Shown here: in pieces, positions 10,624-20,123 of the stretch
Layout of the letters: the number at the start of each line of letters is the position of its first letter
Numbering within the stretch: position 1 is the first letter of the stretch
Assembly (NCBI GenBank): GCA_963847185.1
Contig: CAWJYV010000008.1
Location: 608,001-672,000, forward strand
DNA from: an uncultured Methanosarcinaceae archaeon
GTDB taxonomy: Archaea; Halobacteriota; Methanosarcinia; Methanosarcinales; Methanosarcinaceae
DNA length: 64,000 nt
Reading direction: 5' to 3'
The notes under the pieces: model-generated
Databases searched by the model: none
Seen by the model: only the letters and a program-made list of their open reading frames with translations
What the model was told of the DNA's origin: nothing
Made by a program: the position numbers and the translations under genes

Positions 10624-13034
10624 TAATTAACTTCCTCCTTTAATTTTTCAATAATTGATTGTGCTATTATTTCCCAGGAATATTTTTGTTCAACCAGATT
10701 TCTTGCATTCATTCTCAATTTTTGTTGCAATTCTTCGCTCTCAAGTAACCTGGAAATATTTAGGCGGAACTCTTCAGACGAACATATGAGAGCATGTGCC
10801 TCATTTTCGAGGTCTAAACCTCTTGCCCCTATATGGGTACTGATAACAGGGATTCCAGCACTCATATAGTCCAGCATTTTGAGGTTTGTACCTGATCCGC
10901 TGAACATAGGGTTGATAGCAACATCTGCCAGCATATAAATTTCATACTTTTCGTCCTCATCAACAGTTCCAAAAGCCAGAACATTTTTAGGAAGTTTCCC
11001 ATATTCATGTAAATAATAATCTTTGACGCTGCCAACTACTAAAAACTTATATTCCTTATGCTTTTGAGACAGCTCATCAGTTATAAATTTTAAAGCTTCA
11101 AGATTTGGAGGGTGCCAGCTCCCAATAAAAATAACAGTTATGGAATCTGAAAGGCCTGTAAGCTCCTTTTGCTTTTCTTTATCCTCCTTATTTATGAAGT
11201 GTATTCTGGAGGTATCAACTCCATTTGGAGTTACCAGGACTTTTTCAGGGTTTGCCCCATAAATTTCAACAAGATTTTCTTTGTCTTCCTTTGATGTGCA
11301 AAGTACTAGATCTGACCTTAAAGTTGCTTCTTTTTCAGCATTATATATTTTGGTTGTATACTTAGAATCTTTAAGATAATCTTTTTTAAGTAAATATTCA
11401 AGGTTATGAGCTTCGTAGATAACTGTTTTATTGTTACCTATATACCTGTTTAAAGGCCACAAATAAGGATGGGAAAAAACGACAATATCTGAATCTACTG
11501 CTAATTCTTTTACATTCTCTACATATTCTTTTGACAGATCAATGAAATCTATCATAGCTACGTCATAGAGGTTTACACCTATTTTTTTCTCAACCTCCCA
11601 CTGAAGCTTCGCATGTTCTATACTCTGGGGTATGCAGACCTGCTTTAAACCATTATCCAGAGTAAGATTCTGATATTGCTTATTGGCTTCAATTATCGAG
11701 CAAATTGTCACATCAAAATCTTTTGCTAGTAGAGAATAAATATTATACAGTCTGTGCTGTCCTCCCCCTCTTGGAGGATAACATGAATAAGTGGACAACA
11801 CTAAAATTTTCTTTTTAACATGAGTGGAAATGTCTTTTCTATCAGGAGCAGAAGCTTTCTTATTAGCTACAAGATGGGATGCAAAATTCTTCCATGTTAT
11901 ACCTTTTATGCTCTGATATGCAGTGTTTCCCATTTTTCTGGCAATATCCGGATTTTCAATAAGATAATTTATTTTTTCAGCAATTTTTTGAGGTTCAGGT
12001 TCAACAATATAACCTGTTTCCGAATCTTTAACGAATTCCAGAGAACCCCCACTATCTTTTGCAGTAATAATCGGTTTTTTGCTCATCATTCCTTCAATAG
12101 TAATTAAACCGTAATCCTCATCAAACGGAACAAAGAGGACTGCAAGGGAATCTGAATATAATTCTACAAGTTCATCCTCACCCACAAAACCAAGAAATTC
12201 AATTCTGTGATCATTTTCGGCCATTTTTTTTAGTTTTTCCTCTTCTGGACCTGTCCCTACAATTTTCAGTTTCACATTGTGCGGAACATAACTCATTGCC
12301 TTTACCAGAAGGTCAATACGTTTTGGCCCGTCAAGACGGCTTGCAGTAAAAAGATAACTATAGTTATTGCATTCAAAATTCTCTATTTTTGAAGGAGGAT
12401 AATTTACATCTACCTGTACATCAGGAAAGTAATCTGCTCTTTTTTTTACGTTATTCGACATAGCGAGGTATCTGTTGACTCTTTCAGGAGCAAGTGCATA
12501 TTCATCAAAAAAATGGATAATTTCCCTGATAAAAGGTCCTGGGAATTTGAAAGTTTCTTTGTTATATTTTTTTTGCTCTTTTTTCAACTCAAAAAGCTTT
12601 TCAAATACTTTATTGACAGTATTTTCGTTTTTCCTACCATTCTGAATGAGATTAATAATCTCCTCAACGAGTCCTGTTCTGAGTTTGGGTGCAACCGAAT
12701 AAGCCTCATTACAGAATTTATAAGTATCAAACAATCCTCGTAAATGGTGCACCATATAAACAGTATGGTTACTGTGCTTGAGCATCCAGGAAGGATACTT
12801 GGTAGAAATAACCATATCAAAATAAGAAAGATCAAGCTGATAGAACTTATAATAGGTATCAATGAGTTCCCAGAAACTATTTTCTTTAATTGGAATTTTT
12901 AACAATTCACATTGATGAGAAGTATATTTATTTATCGAATTTTGCATTCCAAGAAAAAGCATTTCTGCACCCCCAAGGGTAAAAGGTACAGGACTCGGTG
13001 CAACAATTGCGATTCTCATTATCTTCACCGTCAT
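10623..13034 (-). CDS. Two-domain GT4 glycosyltransferase (glycan polymerase candidate)
   Basis: Two GT-B modules: GGAE...SRLDGPKR...DEDYGLITIE and GGGQHR...GSGTNLKMLDYM. Confidence 0.88.
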   Translation of the reverse strand: MTVKIMRIAIVAPSPVPFTLGGAEMLFLGMQNSINKYTSHQCELLKIPIKENSFWELIDTYYKFYQLDLSYFDMVISTKYPSWMLKHSNHTVYMVHHLRGLFDTYKFCNEAYSVAPKLRTGLVEEIINLIQNGRKNENTVNKVFEKLFELKKEQKKYNKETFKFPGPFIREIIHFFDEYALAPERVNRYLAMSNNVKKRADYFPDVQVDVNYPPSKIENFECNNYSYLFTASRLDGPKRIDLLVKAMSYVPHNVKLKIVGTGPEEEKLKKMAENDHRIEFLGFVGEDELVELYSDSLAVLFVPFDEDYGLITIEGMMSKKPIITAKDSGGSLEFVKDSETGYIVEPEPQKIAEKINYLIENPDIARKMGNTAYQSIKGITWKNFASHLVANKKASAPDRKDISTHVKKKILVLSTYSCYPPRGGGQHRLYNIYSLLAKDFDVTICSIIEANKQYQNLTLDNGLKQVCIPQSIEHAKLQWEVEKKIGVNLYDVAMIDFIDLSKEYVENVKELAVDSDIVVFSHPYLWPLNRYIGNNKTVIYEAHNLEYLLKKDYLKDSKYTTKIYNAEKEATLRSDLVLCTSKEDKENLVEIYGANPEKVLVTPNGVDTSRIHFINKEDKEKQKELTGLSDSITVIFIGSWHPPNLEALKFITDELSQKHKEYKFLVVGSVKDYYLHEYGKLPKNVLAFGTVDEDEKYEIYMLADVAINPMFSGSGTNLKMLDYMSAGIPVISTHIGARGLDLENEAHALICSSEEFRLNISRLLESEELQQKLRMNARNLVEQKYSWEIIAQSIIEKLKEEVN

Positions 13035-14398
13035 TTTTTACCGATTACTGCATAATCCTGTGCTCCGTACAGGATATCATTCAGTTTCTCGATATTATGA
13101 TTATAAGTCTCAAGATATTTTTTTGTCCATTCTTCCATTCTATCATTCAGCGGAGCTTTTTCCAGTCTTGCTTCCTCTGATACGGGAGAGAAAAACTTAG
13201 TATCTAAGTCCCTAAATCCGGCTGAACTTAGCAGGAACTTAAGGGTTTCCGGATGTATCGGCTTTTTATGAGTCATATCTATGTAAAAATTAGCAAAAGA
13301 TACTAGGGAAAGTGGATTTACAGTTTCTATAAAAATATAGTATCCATACTTGAGTTTCTGAAAACATAGCTGAAGCAGATTTATCAAGTAGTTAGGTTCA
13401 AGATGTTCAACTACCTGGTCGATGAAAATTCCATCGAGACTTTTATCATCAAGCTTTTCGAGATACGAAATAGCTTCATCTTTCACTACATTTAATCCCC
13501 TTGAAAGGCAGTAATCCACCATTGTATCGTCGAGGTCAATACCTTTTGCACCAATACCGAGATCTTTTAATAATTCAAGAAATTCGCCTCTCCCACATCC
13601 GATATCCAGAACATTTGAACAGCCAGTGAAATAAGTTATAAAATTAGACTGACGTTGTTTTATGTCTTCCCTTGAACCCCTGAACTGTTCTTCAAATCTA
13701 AAGTAATTAATATCTAAATTCCCCTTATCAGAAGTTCCTGCTTCTGATTTTTTGGACCCTTCTTTTGCTTTACTTTCAAGTATACTGGCCAACCAGGCTT
13801 TATTTTCAATATCTAATTTCATTGAGGTAATTATAGAGTTAATCTCTGACCTTATGCTGTCATTTATTTCAGACTTGAGGTTCTCTATTTCTTTTTCGAA
13901 TTCAGGTCTCAACTGCTCGATCTTATCCTCAAATTCAGGCCTTAACTTCTCGATTTTAGAATCTATTTCGGATCTCAACTGCTCGGTCTCATTATTATAA
14001 TGGTTGAACTTAGCAGCAGTATCATTAAGAAGGCGGACCGTACTCCCATTAAACACAGTTTGCTTTCCGATAATAGGATCCACATACCGTTTTATTTCTC
14101 CATTCACCAGCTCTCTGCTTTTAACCAGGACTTTTCCGACGACAGGACGATGAGAGCTTATGTAATAACTGTTATTCCCAAGGTCCCAGTTTGAGTTAAT
14201 ATATTCAAAGTCTCTCTCGATATTACTATCACCAATGTGTAGCTCGGAAAGACCCCTTTGAATTACTTCGCCTTTTCTCCCTGGAAAAACTGTTGATTCT
14301 TTTCGCTTACGGATGTTCTCCCTTATTACTCTCATTATTTCTTCAACGCTGATTTCGTTTTCACTGGTTCCTTCTTTGTTGATTTCGAATATATCCAT
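13031..14398 (-). CDS. Coiled-coil plus SAM-dependent methyltransferase (WsaE/WbdD-like glycan terminator)
   Basis: FEEQFRGS, VLDIGCGRGE, QVVEHL, ETVNP and THKKPIHP motifs; N-terminal 11-residue repeats. Confidence 0.85.
   Translation of the reverse strand: MDIFEINKEGTSENEISVEEIMRVIRENIRKRKESTVFPGRKGEVIQRGLSELHIGDSNIERDFEYINSNWDLGNNSYYISSHRPVVGKVLVKSRELVNGEIKRYVDPIIGKQTVFNGSTVRLLNDTAAKFNHYNNETEQLRSEIDSKIEKLRPEFEDKIEQLRPEFEKEIENLKSEINDSIRSEINSIITSMKLDIENKAWLASILESKAKEGSKKSEAGTSDKGNLDINYFRFEEQFRGSREDIKQRQSNFITYFTGCSNVLDIGCGRGEFLELLKDLGIGAKGIDLDDTMVDYCLSRGLNVVKDEAISYLEKLDDKSLDGIFIDQVVEHLEPNYLINLLQLCFQKLKYGYYIFIETVNPLSLVSFANFYIDMTHKKPIHPETLKFLLSSAGFRDLDTKFFSPVSEEARLEKAPLNDRMEEWTKKYLETYNHNIEKLNDILYGAQDYAVIGKK
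13855..13987 (-). repeat. About 4 degenerate 33-bp (11-aa) coding repeats
   Basis: EQLRSEIDSKI-EKLRPEFEDKI-EQLRPEFEKEI-ENLKSEINDSI. Confidence 0.8.
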
Positions 14399-14417
14399 AA
14401 AATATCACATCCCAAAC

Positions 14418-15638
14418 TCAGATCTTCCAGTTGCAAGGTACATCAAAAAGTCCAATATCTCTACACGTTGGAATTACATCAAAAGAATATTGTTTATCGT
14501 GCCAATCATACGGTTTTTGATCGTGAGTATGCACAGCTACTGTCAGTAGAAATCTTCCTGTAATCATAGGAATTCTTTCTATTATCAGGTCAACATGCCC
14601 TTTGCCTTCAAGAATATCAATTTCGATATTTTTTATTTCCGTATTTGTTCCAAAAAGATTTTCTCCGTTTTCGGAGTATAGAGCAATGCCGAATATTGGG
14701 TCAGAAACTTTATTATGTGCATTGTAAAAGATTCTGATTGTCATAGGATCAAAGGAGTTGAATCTGGAACCTTTGTTGCCAAACTTATCATAGAACTCTA
14801 CATTTGTGACCTCAATGGTCTTATCTCCCCACCGAGAAGTTTTATCCTCAGATTTTACTTCCGGTTCGTGAACTTCTGACTCGCTCTGACTTCCTGATAC
14901 AGGCGCTTCTTCTCCGCCACCATACACATAACGGTCAATTACATCTCCTGTATCTCCTATGACTATCTGCTCCCCTTTATTCAAAAGTAAAGTCCTATCA
15001 CAAAATCTTCTCACTGCCCCAAGATCATGTGAAACAAAAACAATAGTAACTCCATCTTTTCGATACTGGCTAAGGACATCCAGACATTTCTGCTGAAACT
15101 CCATGTCTCCAACTGCCAAAACTTCATCCATCAAAAGAATTTCCGGATCTGTTTGAATTGCTGTTGAAAAAGCAAGTCTTACCTGCATACCCGAGGAAAA
15201 GTTTTTGAGTTTAGCGTCCCTGAAGTTCTCAAGTCCTGCGAACTCAAGGATATCGTCCAGCTTATCATTAATTTCTCTTTTTTGCATCCCCATGATAGTT
15301 GCATAAATTTTTATATTCTCTGCAGCCGTGAGGTCAGACTGAAAGCCAACTCCAAGTTCGAGGAAGGGAGTGAGTTTCTTTAGAGAAGTGACTTTACCTG
15401 ATGAGGGACGCATGATATTTGCAATAATTTTCAATAAAGTACTCTTCCCACTTCCGTTCTCCCCAATAATTCCAAGAGCTTCACCTTCTTCAACTGTAAA
15501 ATTGATATCGTTGAGTGCTTGGAAAGTTTCATAGGTCGGAGGTTTAAAGGCTCCGGTCAAAGTCTCAAATAGAGTTGTTCTTTTTTCATGGGGTATGCGA
15601 AATGTTTTGTGCAGGTGCTTAACCTCAATTGCAACCAT
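14418..15638 (-). CDS. wzt: Polysaccharide ABC exporter ATPase with C-terminal carbohydrate-binding (Wzt_C) domain
   Basis: GENGSGKST, FSSGMQVRLAF, DEVLAVGDMEFQQKC and VSHD motifs, plus a beta-rich C-terminal extension of about 140 aa. Confidence 0.92.
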   Translation of the reverse strand: MVAIEVKHLHKTFRIPHEKRTTLFETLTGAFKPPTYETFQALNDINFTVEEGEALGIIGENGSGKSTLLKIIANIMRPSSGKVTSLKKLTPFLELGVGFQSDLTAAENIKIYATIMGMQKREINDKLDDILEFAGLENFRDAKLKNFSSGMQVRLAFSTAIQTDPEILLMDEVLAVGDMEFQQKCLDVLSQYRKDGVTIVFVSHDLGAVRRFCDRTLLLNKGEQIVIGDTGDVIDRYVYGGGEEAPVSGSQSESEVHEPEVKSEDKTSRWGDKTIEVTNVEFYDKFGNKGSRFNSFDPMTIRIFYNAHNKVSDPIFGIALYSENGENLFGTNTEIKNIEIDILEGKGHVDLIIERIPMITGRFLLTVAVHTHDQKPYDWHDKQYSFDVIPTCRDIGLFDVPCNWKI

Positions 15639-16417
15639 CAGATTTCCTCCGCAAAACGTGGTTCTAATTTGGAAAAGATAATGTATCCTACAAGGAGGAA
15701 GACTATTGATGAAAAAAACATGAATAAAAGGTCTTCTGTTTTAGCTGGAGAAGAGTAAATAATAGTATCCCTTGCAGAAATAAGAATCCGTGCGATTGGA
15801 TTCAATAGGACAAATTTCTGTAGATTTTGAGGAAATATGTCGAGGGTATAAAGTATAGGGGTTAAAAAATATCCAGCCTGCAAAAAGACCTGCCAGATAA
15901 ACTGCACGTCTCTGTAAAATACGTTCAAGGAGGAAAGCGCCAGAGAGACACCAAGCGAGAGAATAAACAGGAACAATAGGATAAGCGGTACATAGACCAG
16001 GTTGATTGAAATTGGTACCCTGAAAAATGCCATAAACATTATGAATATCAGAGACTCGAAAATGCTCATGAGCAAAGCTGTAATGCATGAGGAAATAACA
16101 AAGATATCTCTGGGGAAGTAAATTTTCTTAACCATACTTGGTTTTCCCACTATGGAAAACATTCCGATTGTAGTTGCTCTGCTAAAAAAACTCCACAAAA
16201 TGATTCCAAGAAGCAAAAACAGCTGGTAGTATTCTACCTGGACCCTCATCAAGTTAGAAAAAACAACATATAGAACCAGGAGCATAAGCATGGGTTCTAG
16301 AAGAGACCAGAAATAGCCCAGTATAGAGTTTTTATATCTTAATTTAAATTCGCTCCATGCCAGTTGCCAGATAAGATTCCTATAGCCATAGAGCTCTTTT
16401 AAGTGTTTAAAGGTCAT
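15638..16417 (-). CDS. wzm: Polysaccharide ABC exporter permease
   Basis: [31 protein letters not shown] and NP motifs; about 6 TM. Confidence 0.92.
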   Translation of the reverse strand: MTFKHLKELYGYRNLIWQLAWSEFKLRYKNSILGYFWSLLEPMLMLLVLYVVFSNLMRVQVEYYQLFLLLGIILWSFFSRATTIGMFSIVGKPSMVKKIYFPRDIFVISSCITALLMSIFESLIFIMFMAFFRVPISINLVYVPLILLFLFILSLGVSLALSSLNVFYRDVQFIWQVFLQAGYFLTPILYTLDIFPQNLQKFVLLNPIARILISARDTIIYSSPAKTEDLLFMFFSSIVFLLVGYIIFSKLEPRFAEEI

Positions 16418-17490
16418 TTACTTACCACATTTTTTATCTTTTCATTGAAAATCGAAAGATCAAAGCGCTTTGCCTGCTCAAAACAAGATTCCCTGTAACT
16501 TTCAGGTTCAAGAGATATTAATTTAACAGCTTCCATAATACTGTAATTATCTGCTTTTATAAGGAGGCCCGTCTTTTCAGTTACTGTCTCTTTAAACCCA
16601 CCTTCGTTCACTGCGACAACAGGCTTTCCACTTGCCATTGCTTCCACAGGAGTTAGCCCAAAATCTTCGTCAAGTGCTGTGCAGATAAGACCCCTGCACC
16701 TGGCATAAAGATCAATTAATTCCTGTTCAGAAACCTCTCCAAGTATCTTCACGTTGGAGGGTAGTTTATTATTTATATTTTTTGCATATTTTTCAGCATG
16801 ATCACCTTTTGCATAGCCACCTACAATAATTAGTTTTTCATCAGGCATTTTTCTGAAAGCTTCTATTTGTAATTCAATTCTTTTTTCAGGATAAAGCCTG
16901 TTTACCGAGAGCCAGAAATCCCCGTATTCCTTAAACCTGAACTTTGAAATATCAACCGGAGGATAAATTATGTCAGAAGTCCTTTTATGATATTTCTCAA
17001 TTCTGTTCTGAGAGTTTTTCGAAATAGTAACAATTTGATCAATATAATTTACTGATTTTTGATCCAGCAATCTGTGGCCGTGTACCCAGGCACGAAAAGC
17101 CTGCCGGGTAATAAGATCCTGCCTCTGTAAGAAAGTATCGTAGAGATCATAAAAAGCCCTTACAGGTGTGTAGCAGTACCACATATTAGGATGATGTTTA
17201 TAGGCTGCATAATGGCTCCAGTTTCCTGTGAAGATGAAAAAGTCATAATCATTTGAAAAATTGCAGGAATAAAATTTTCCTGTAGCAGAAATCTGTTTTA
17301 GCGGGGGGACCTTCTTTGTGTGCCCGAGAGATATCACGTTTACTTTATCATTCAGTTTGTCAACTGCGTCCAGATCCGTAGTGATAATATCAGCGTTTAG
17401 TAACTTCGCTAGAGTGAGGACGACTCTCTCTCCGCCGCCAATAGCTCCAAAGTAATCATGAAAGATAGCTGTTTTCATGTTTGTTCTCAT
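16414..17490 (-). CDS. GT4 glycosyltransferase (WbaZ-like)
   Basis: HDYF..GGGERV, YTPVR and [17 protein letters not shown] motifs. Confidence 0.88.
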   Translation of the reverse strand: MRTNMKTAIFHDYFGAIGGGERVVLTLAKLLNADIITTDLDAVDKLNDKVNVISLGHTKKVPPLKQISATGKFYSCNFSNDYDFFIFTGNWSHYAAYKHHPNMWYCYTPVRAFYDLYDTFLQRQDLITRQAFRAWVHGHRLLDQKSVNYIDQIVTISKNSQNRIEKYHKRTSDIIYPPVDISKFRFKEYGDFWLSVNRLYPEKRIELQIEAFRKMPDEKLIIVGGYAKGDHAEKYAKNINNKLPSNVKILGEVSEQELIDLYARCRGLICTALDEDFGLTPVEAMASGKPVVAVNEGGFKETVTEKTGLLIKADNYSIMEAVKLISLEPESYRESCFEQAKRFDLSIFNEKIKNVVSK

Positions 17491-17933
17491 TTTTTAAATT
17501 ATTTCACTTTAAATTTAAATTGGGATTTATATGTGTTTCGAAGCGATTTTTAATTTGAACAGAAACTCAGATATTTATGCTAAATTTACTGTTAAATTTA
17601 CTGCTAATATGTTTTATTGATTCAAATAAAAACCCGGCTATCTGCCTGCTTAATGGAGTTAAGTTTAATATCCAGATTTCAGTAAGCAAATTTTTTCGCT
17701 TATGAGGTCACCCGGTCTCATCCCCATTAAGGCACTTAACAAGAAAAATCCTGAGACAACCATTCTGATCTTACAGAGTAATAATAACTTAACATAAAAT
17801 TAACAAAAATTTGGCATATCAATTAGTTTATATAGATTAAGAAGATATGCTTTTTGCAAAGGGAGCTACGTTTTTAAGATAAATAAAGTCCTATCTCCTG
17901 CAACATAAGAATTGGGAGCAATAAGGTGATTCC

Positions 17934-18956
17934 TTGACAAAGGTCGCACTGATCACAGGCATAACAGGCCAGGACGGCACATATATTTCAAAACTTTTAT
18001 TAGATAAGGGGTATGTAGTCCATGGAATAAAAAGAGAATCTTCTACCAGAATAGAAGATAAGGAGAAAGAACAGAAAAATCCGAATCTTCATATTCACTT
18101 CTGTGATATGGCCGATTATTCAAAGCTCATCAGAATTATTCAAGAAGTCTGTCCGGACGAAATCTATAATCTGGCAGCCCAAAGCAATGTACAGGTTTCT
18201 TTTGACAGACCGGAATACACAGCAGAAATTAACGCCTTTGGTACTCTCCGTCTTCTTGAAGCTATACGCACCCTTGGTCTTGAAAAGAAAACGAGGTTTT
18301 TTCAGGCTTCTACCGGAGACTTATTTGGGAACTCACCTGAAATTCCGCAAAATGAAAATACTCCCTTTAACCCTTTAAATCCTTATGCGGTGTCCAAACT
18401 ATATGCTTACTGTATTGCAAAAAACTACCGTGAAGCTTATAAAATGTTTATCTGCAATGGTATCCTGTTTAATCATGAATCTCCAATAAGACCAGATAGT
18501 TTCGTTACGAGAAAAATTACCAGATCTGCAGTCAGAATAAAAAAAGGGCTCCAGGAGAAACTCTACCTTGGGAATCTGAATGCAAAAAGAGATTGGGGAT
18601 TTGCAGGAGATTATGTTGAAGCCATGTGGCTTATGTTACAACAGGATAAACCGGATGACTATGTAATTGCAACAGGTGAAACACATTCAGTACAGGAAAT
18701 GGTGGAGTTTGCATTCAAAGAAGTCGGGATCGAGATAGAATGGGAAGGAGAAGGGATTGAGAAAAAAGGGAGAAATGCTGCAACAGGTAAGATCCTGATT
18801 GAGGTGGACCCTCAGTTTTACAGGCCTCTTGAGTCAAATTTATTGGTAGGAGATCCTTCAAAAGCCAGGAAAAAACTCGGATGGGTACCCAGGGTAAATT
18901 TTGAAGAACTTGTCAAATTGATGGTCAAAAATGATCTGGAATTAGTGAAATGTTAA
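17934..18956 (+). CDS. gmd: GDP-mannose 4,6-dehydratase paralogue with altered active site
   Basis: GITGQDG, YxxxK and FNHES motifs; QASTGD in place of QASTSE. Confidence 0.8.
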   Translation: MTKVALITGITGQDGTYISKLLLDKGYVVHGIKRESSTRIEDKEKEQKNPNLHIHFCDMADYSKLIRIIQEVCPDEIYNLAAQSNVQVSFDRPEYTAEINAFGTLRLLEAIRTLGLEKKTRFFQASTGDLFGNSPEIPQNENTPFNPLNPYAVSKLYAYCIAKNYREAYKMFICNGILFNHESPIRPDSFVTRKITRSAVRIKKGLQEKLYLGNLNAKRDWGFAGDYVEAMWLMLQQDKPDDYVIATGETHSVQEMVEFAFKEVGIEIEWEGEGIEKKGRNAATGKILIEVDPQFYRPLESNLLVGDPSKARKKLGWVPRVNFEELVKLMVKNDLELVKC

Positions 18957-18986
18957 AAAATTTATTTGCTTAATTGTGTGGTAAAA

Positions 18987-20015
18987 ATGTCTAAAGTCGC
19001 ATTACTTACAGGTGTAACCGGTCAGGATGGAGCATACCTTGCCGAATTCTTACTAAACAAAGGGTATACTGTGCACGGGATGCACAGAAGATCGTCTCTG
19101 AGCAACACAGGACGAATAGATTGTCTCCTGAAAGACCCTCATCAAAAAGATTGTAAATTTTTTTTGCATTACGGAGACCTGACAGATTCAGCAAATGTTA
19201 TCAGACTTATCAAGAATATAGAGCCTGATGAAATTTACAACCTTGGAGCTCAGAGCCATGTCCAGGTTTCTTTTGAGACTCCGGAGTACACTGCAAACTC
19301 GGACGGGATTGGAGCCCTTCGTATTCTGGAAGCAATAAGAATTCTTGAACTTGAGGACAAATCGAAGTTTTATCAGGCATCAACCAGTGAATTATTCGGG
19401 AAAGTACGTGAAGTCCCCCAAAAAGAAACTACTCCTTTCTACCCCCGGAGTCCCTATTCAGTAGCTAAACTGTATGCTTACTGGATTGCGATAAACTATC
19501 GTGAAGCCTATAATATGTTTACCTGCAACGGTATCCTGTTTAATCATGAGTCTCCTTTGAGAGGAGAAACTTTCGTTACCAGAAAGATTACAATAGCCGC
19601 ATCAAAGATAAAGAAAGGGCTTCAGGAGAAACTGTACCTTGGGAATCTCAATGCTCAGCGCGACTGGGGATTTGCAGGAGATTATGTAGAAGCCATGTGG
19701 CTTATGTTACAACAGGATAGGCCCGATGATTATGTCGTAGCTACAGGGGAAACTCATTCAGTTAGAGAATTTACCGAACTGGCTTTTAAAGAAGCAGGTA
19801 TTGACCTCGAATGGGAAGGCGAAGGAGTTAACGAGATTGGAAAGGATATAAACAGCGGAAAAGTACTCGTCGAGGTTGATCCGATGTTTTACAGACCTAC
19901 AGAAGTAGATCTGTTGATAGGAGACTCTTCAAAGGCCAGGGAAAAACTTGGATGGAAGCCAAAGGTAAGTTTTGAAGAACTGATCAGAATGATGGTAAAA
20001 AGTGATATGAAATAA
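18987..20015 (+). CDS. gmd: GDP-mannose 4,6-dehydratase
   Basis: [31 protein letters not shown] and [14 protein letters not shown] motifs; ATG at 18987. Confidence 0.95.
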   Translation: MSKVALLTGVTGQDGAYLAEFLLNKGYTVHGMHRRSSLSNTGRIDCLLKDPHQKDCKFFLHYGDLTDSANVIRLIKNIEPDEIYNLGAQSHVQVSFETPEYTANSDGIGALRILEAIRILELEDKSKFYQASTSELFGKVREVPQKETTPFYPRSPYSVAKLYAYWIAINYREAYNMFTCNGILFNHESPLRGETFVTRKITIAASKIKKGLQEKLYLGNLNAQRDWGFAGDYVEAMWLMLQQDRPDDYVVATGETHSVREFTELAFKEAGIDLEWEGEGVNEIGKDINSGKVLVEVDPMFYRPTEVDLLIGDSSKAREKLGWKPKVSFEELIRMMVKSDMK

Positions 20016-20123
20016 ATCCGGTGGAAGGGGGTAGAGATATTTTTGTGAAAAATTTTTTAAATTGGAAATAAAATATAGAAACATTTAGAAATAAATGTGA
20101 GTAAAAAAATAAATGTGAGTAAA

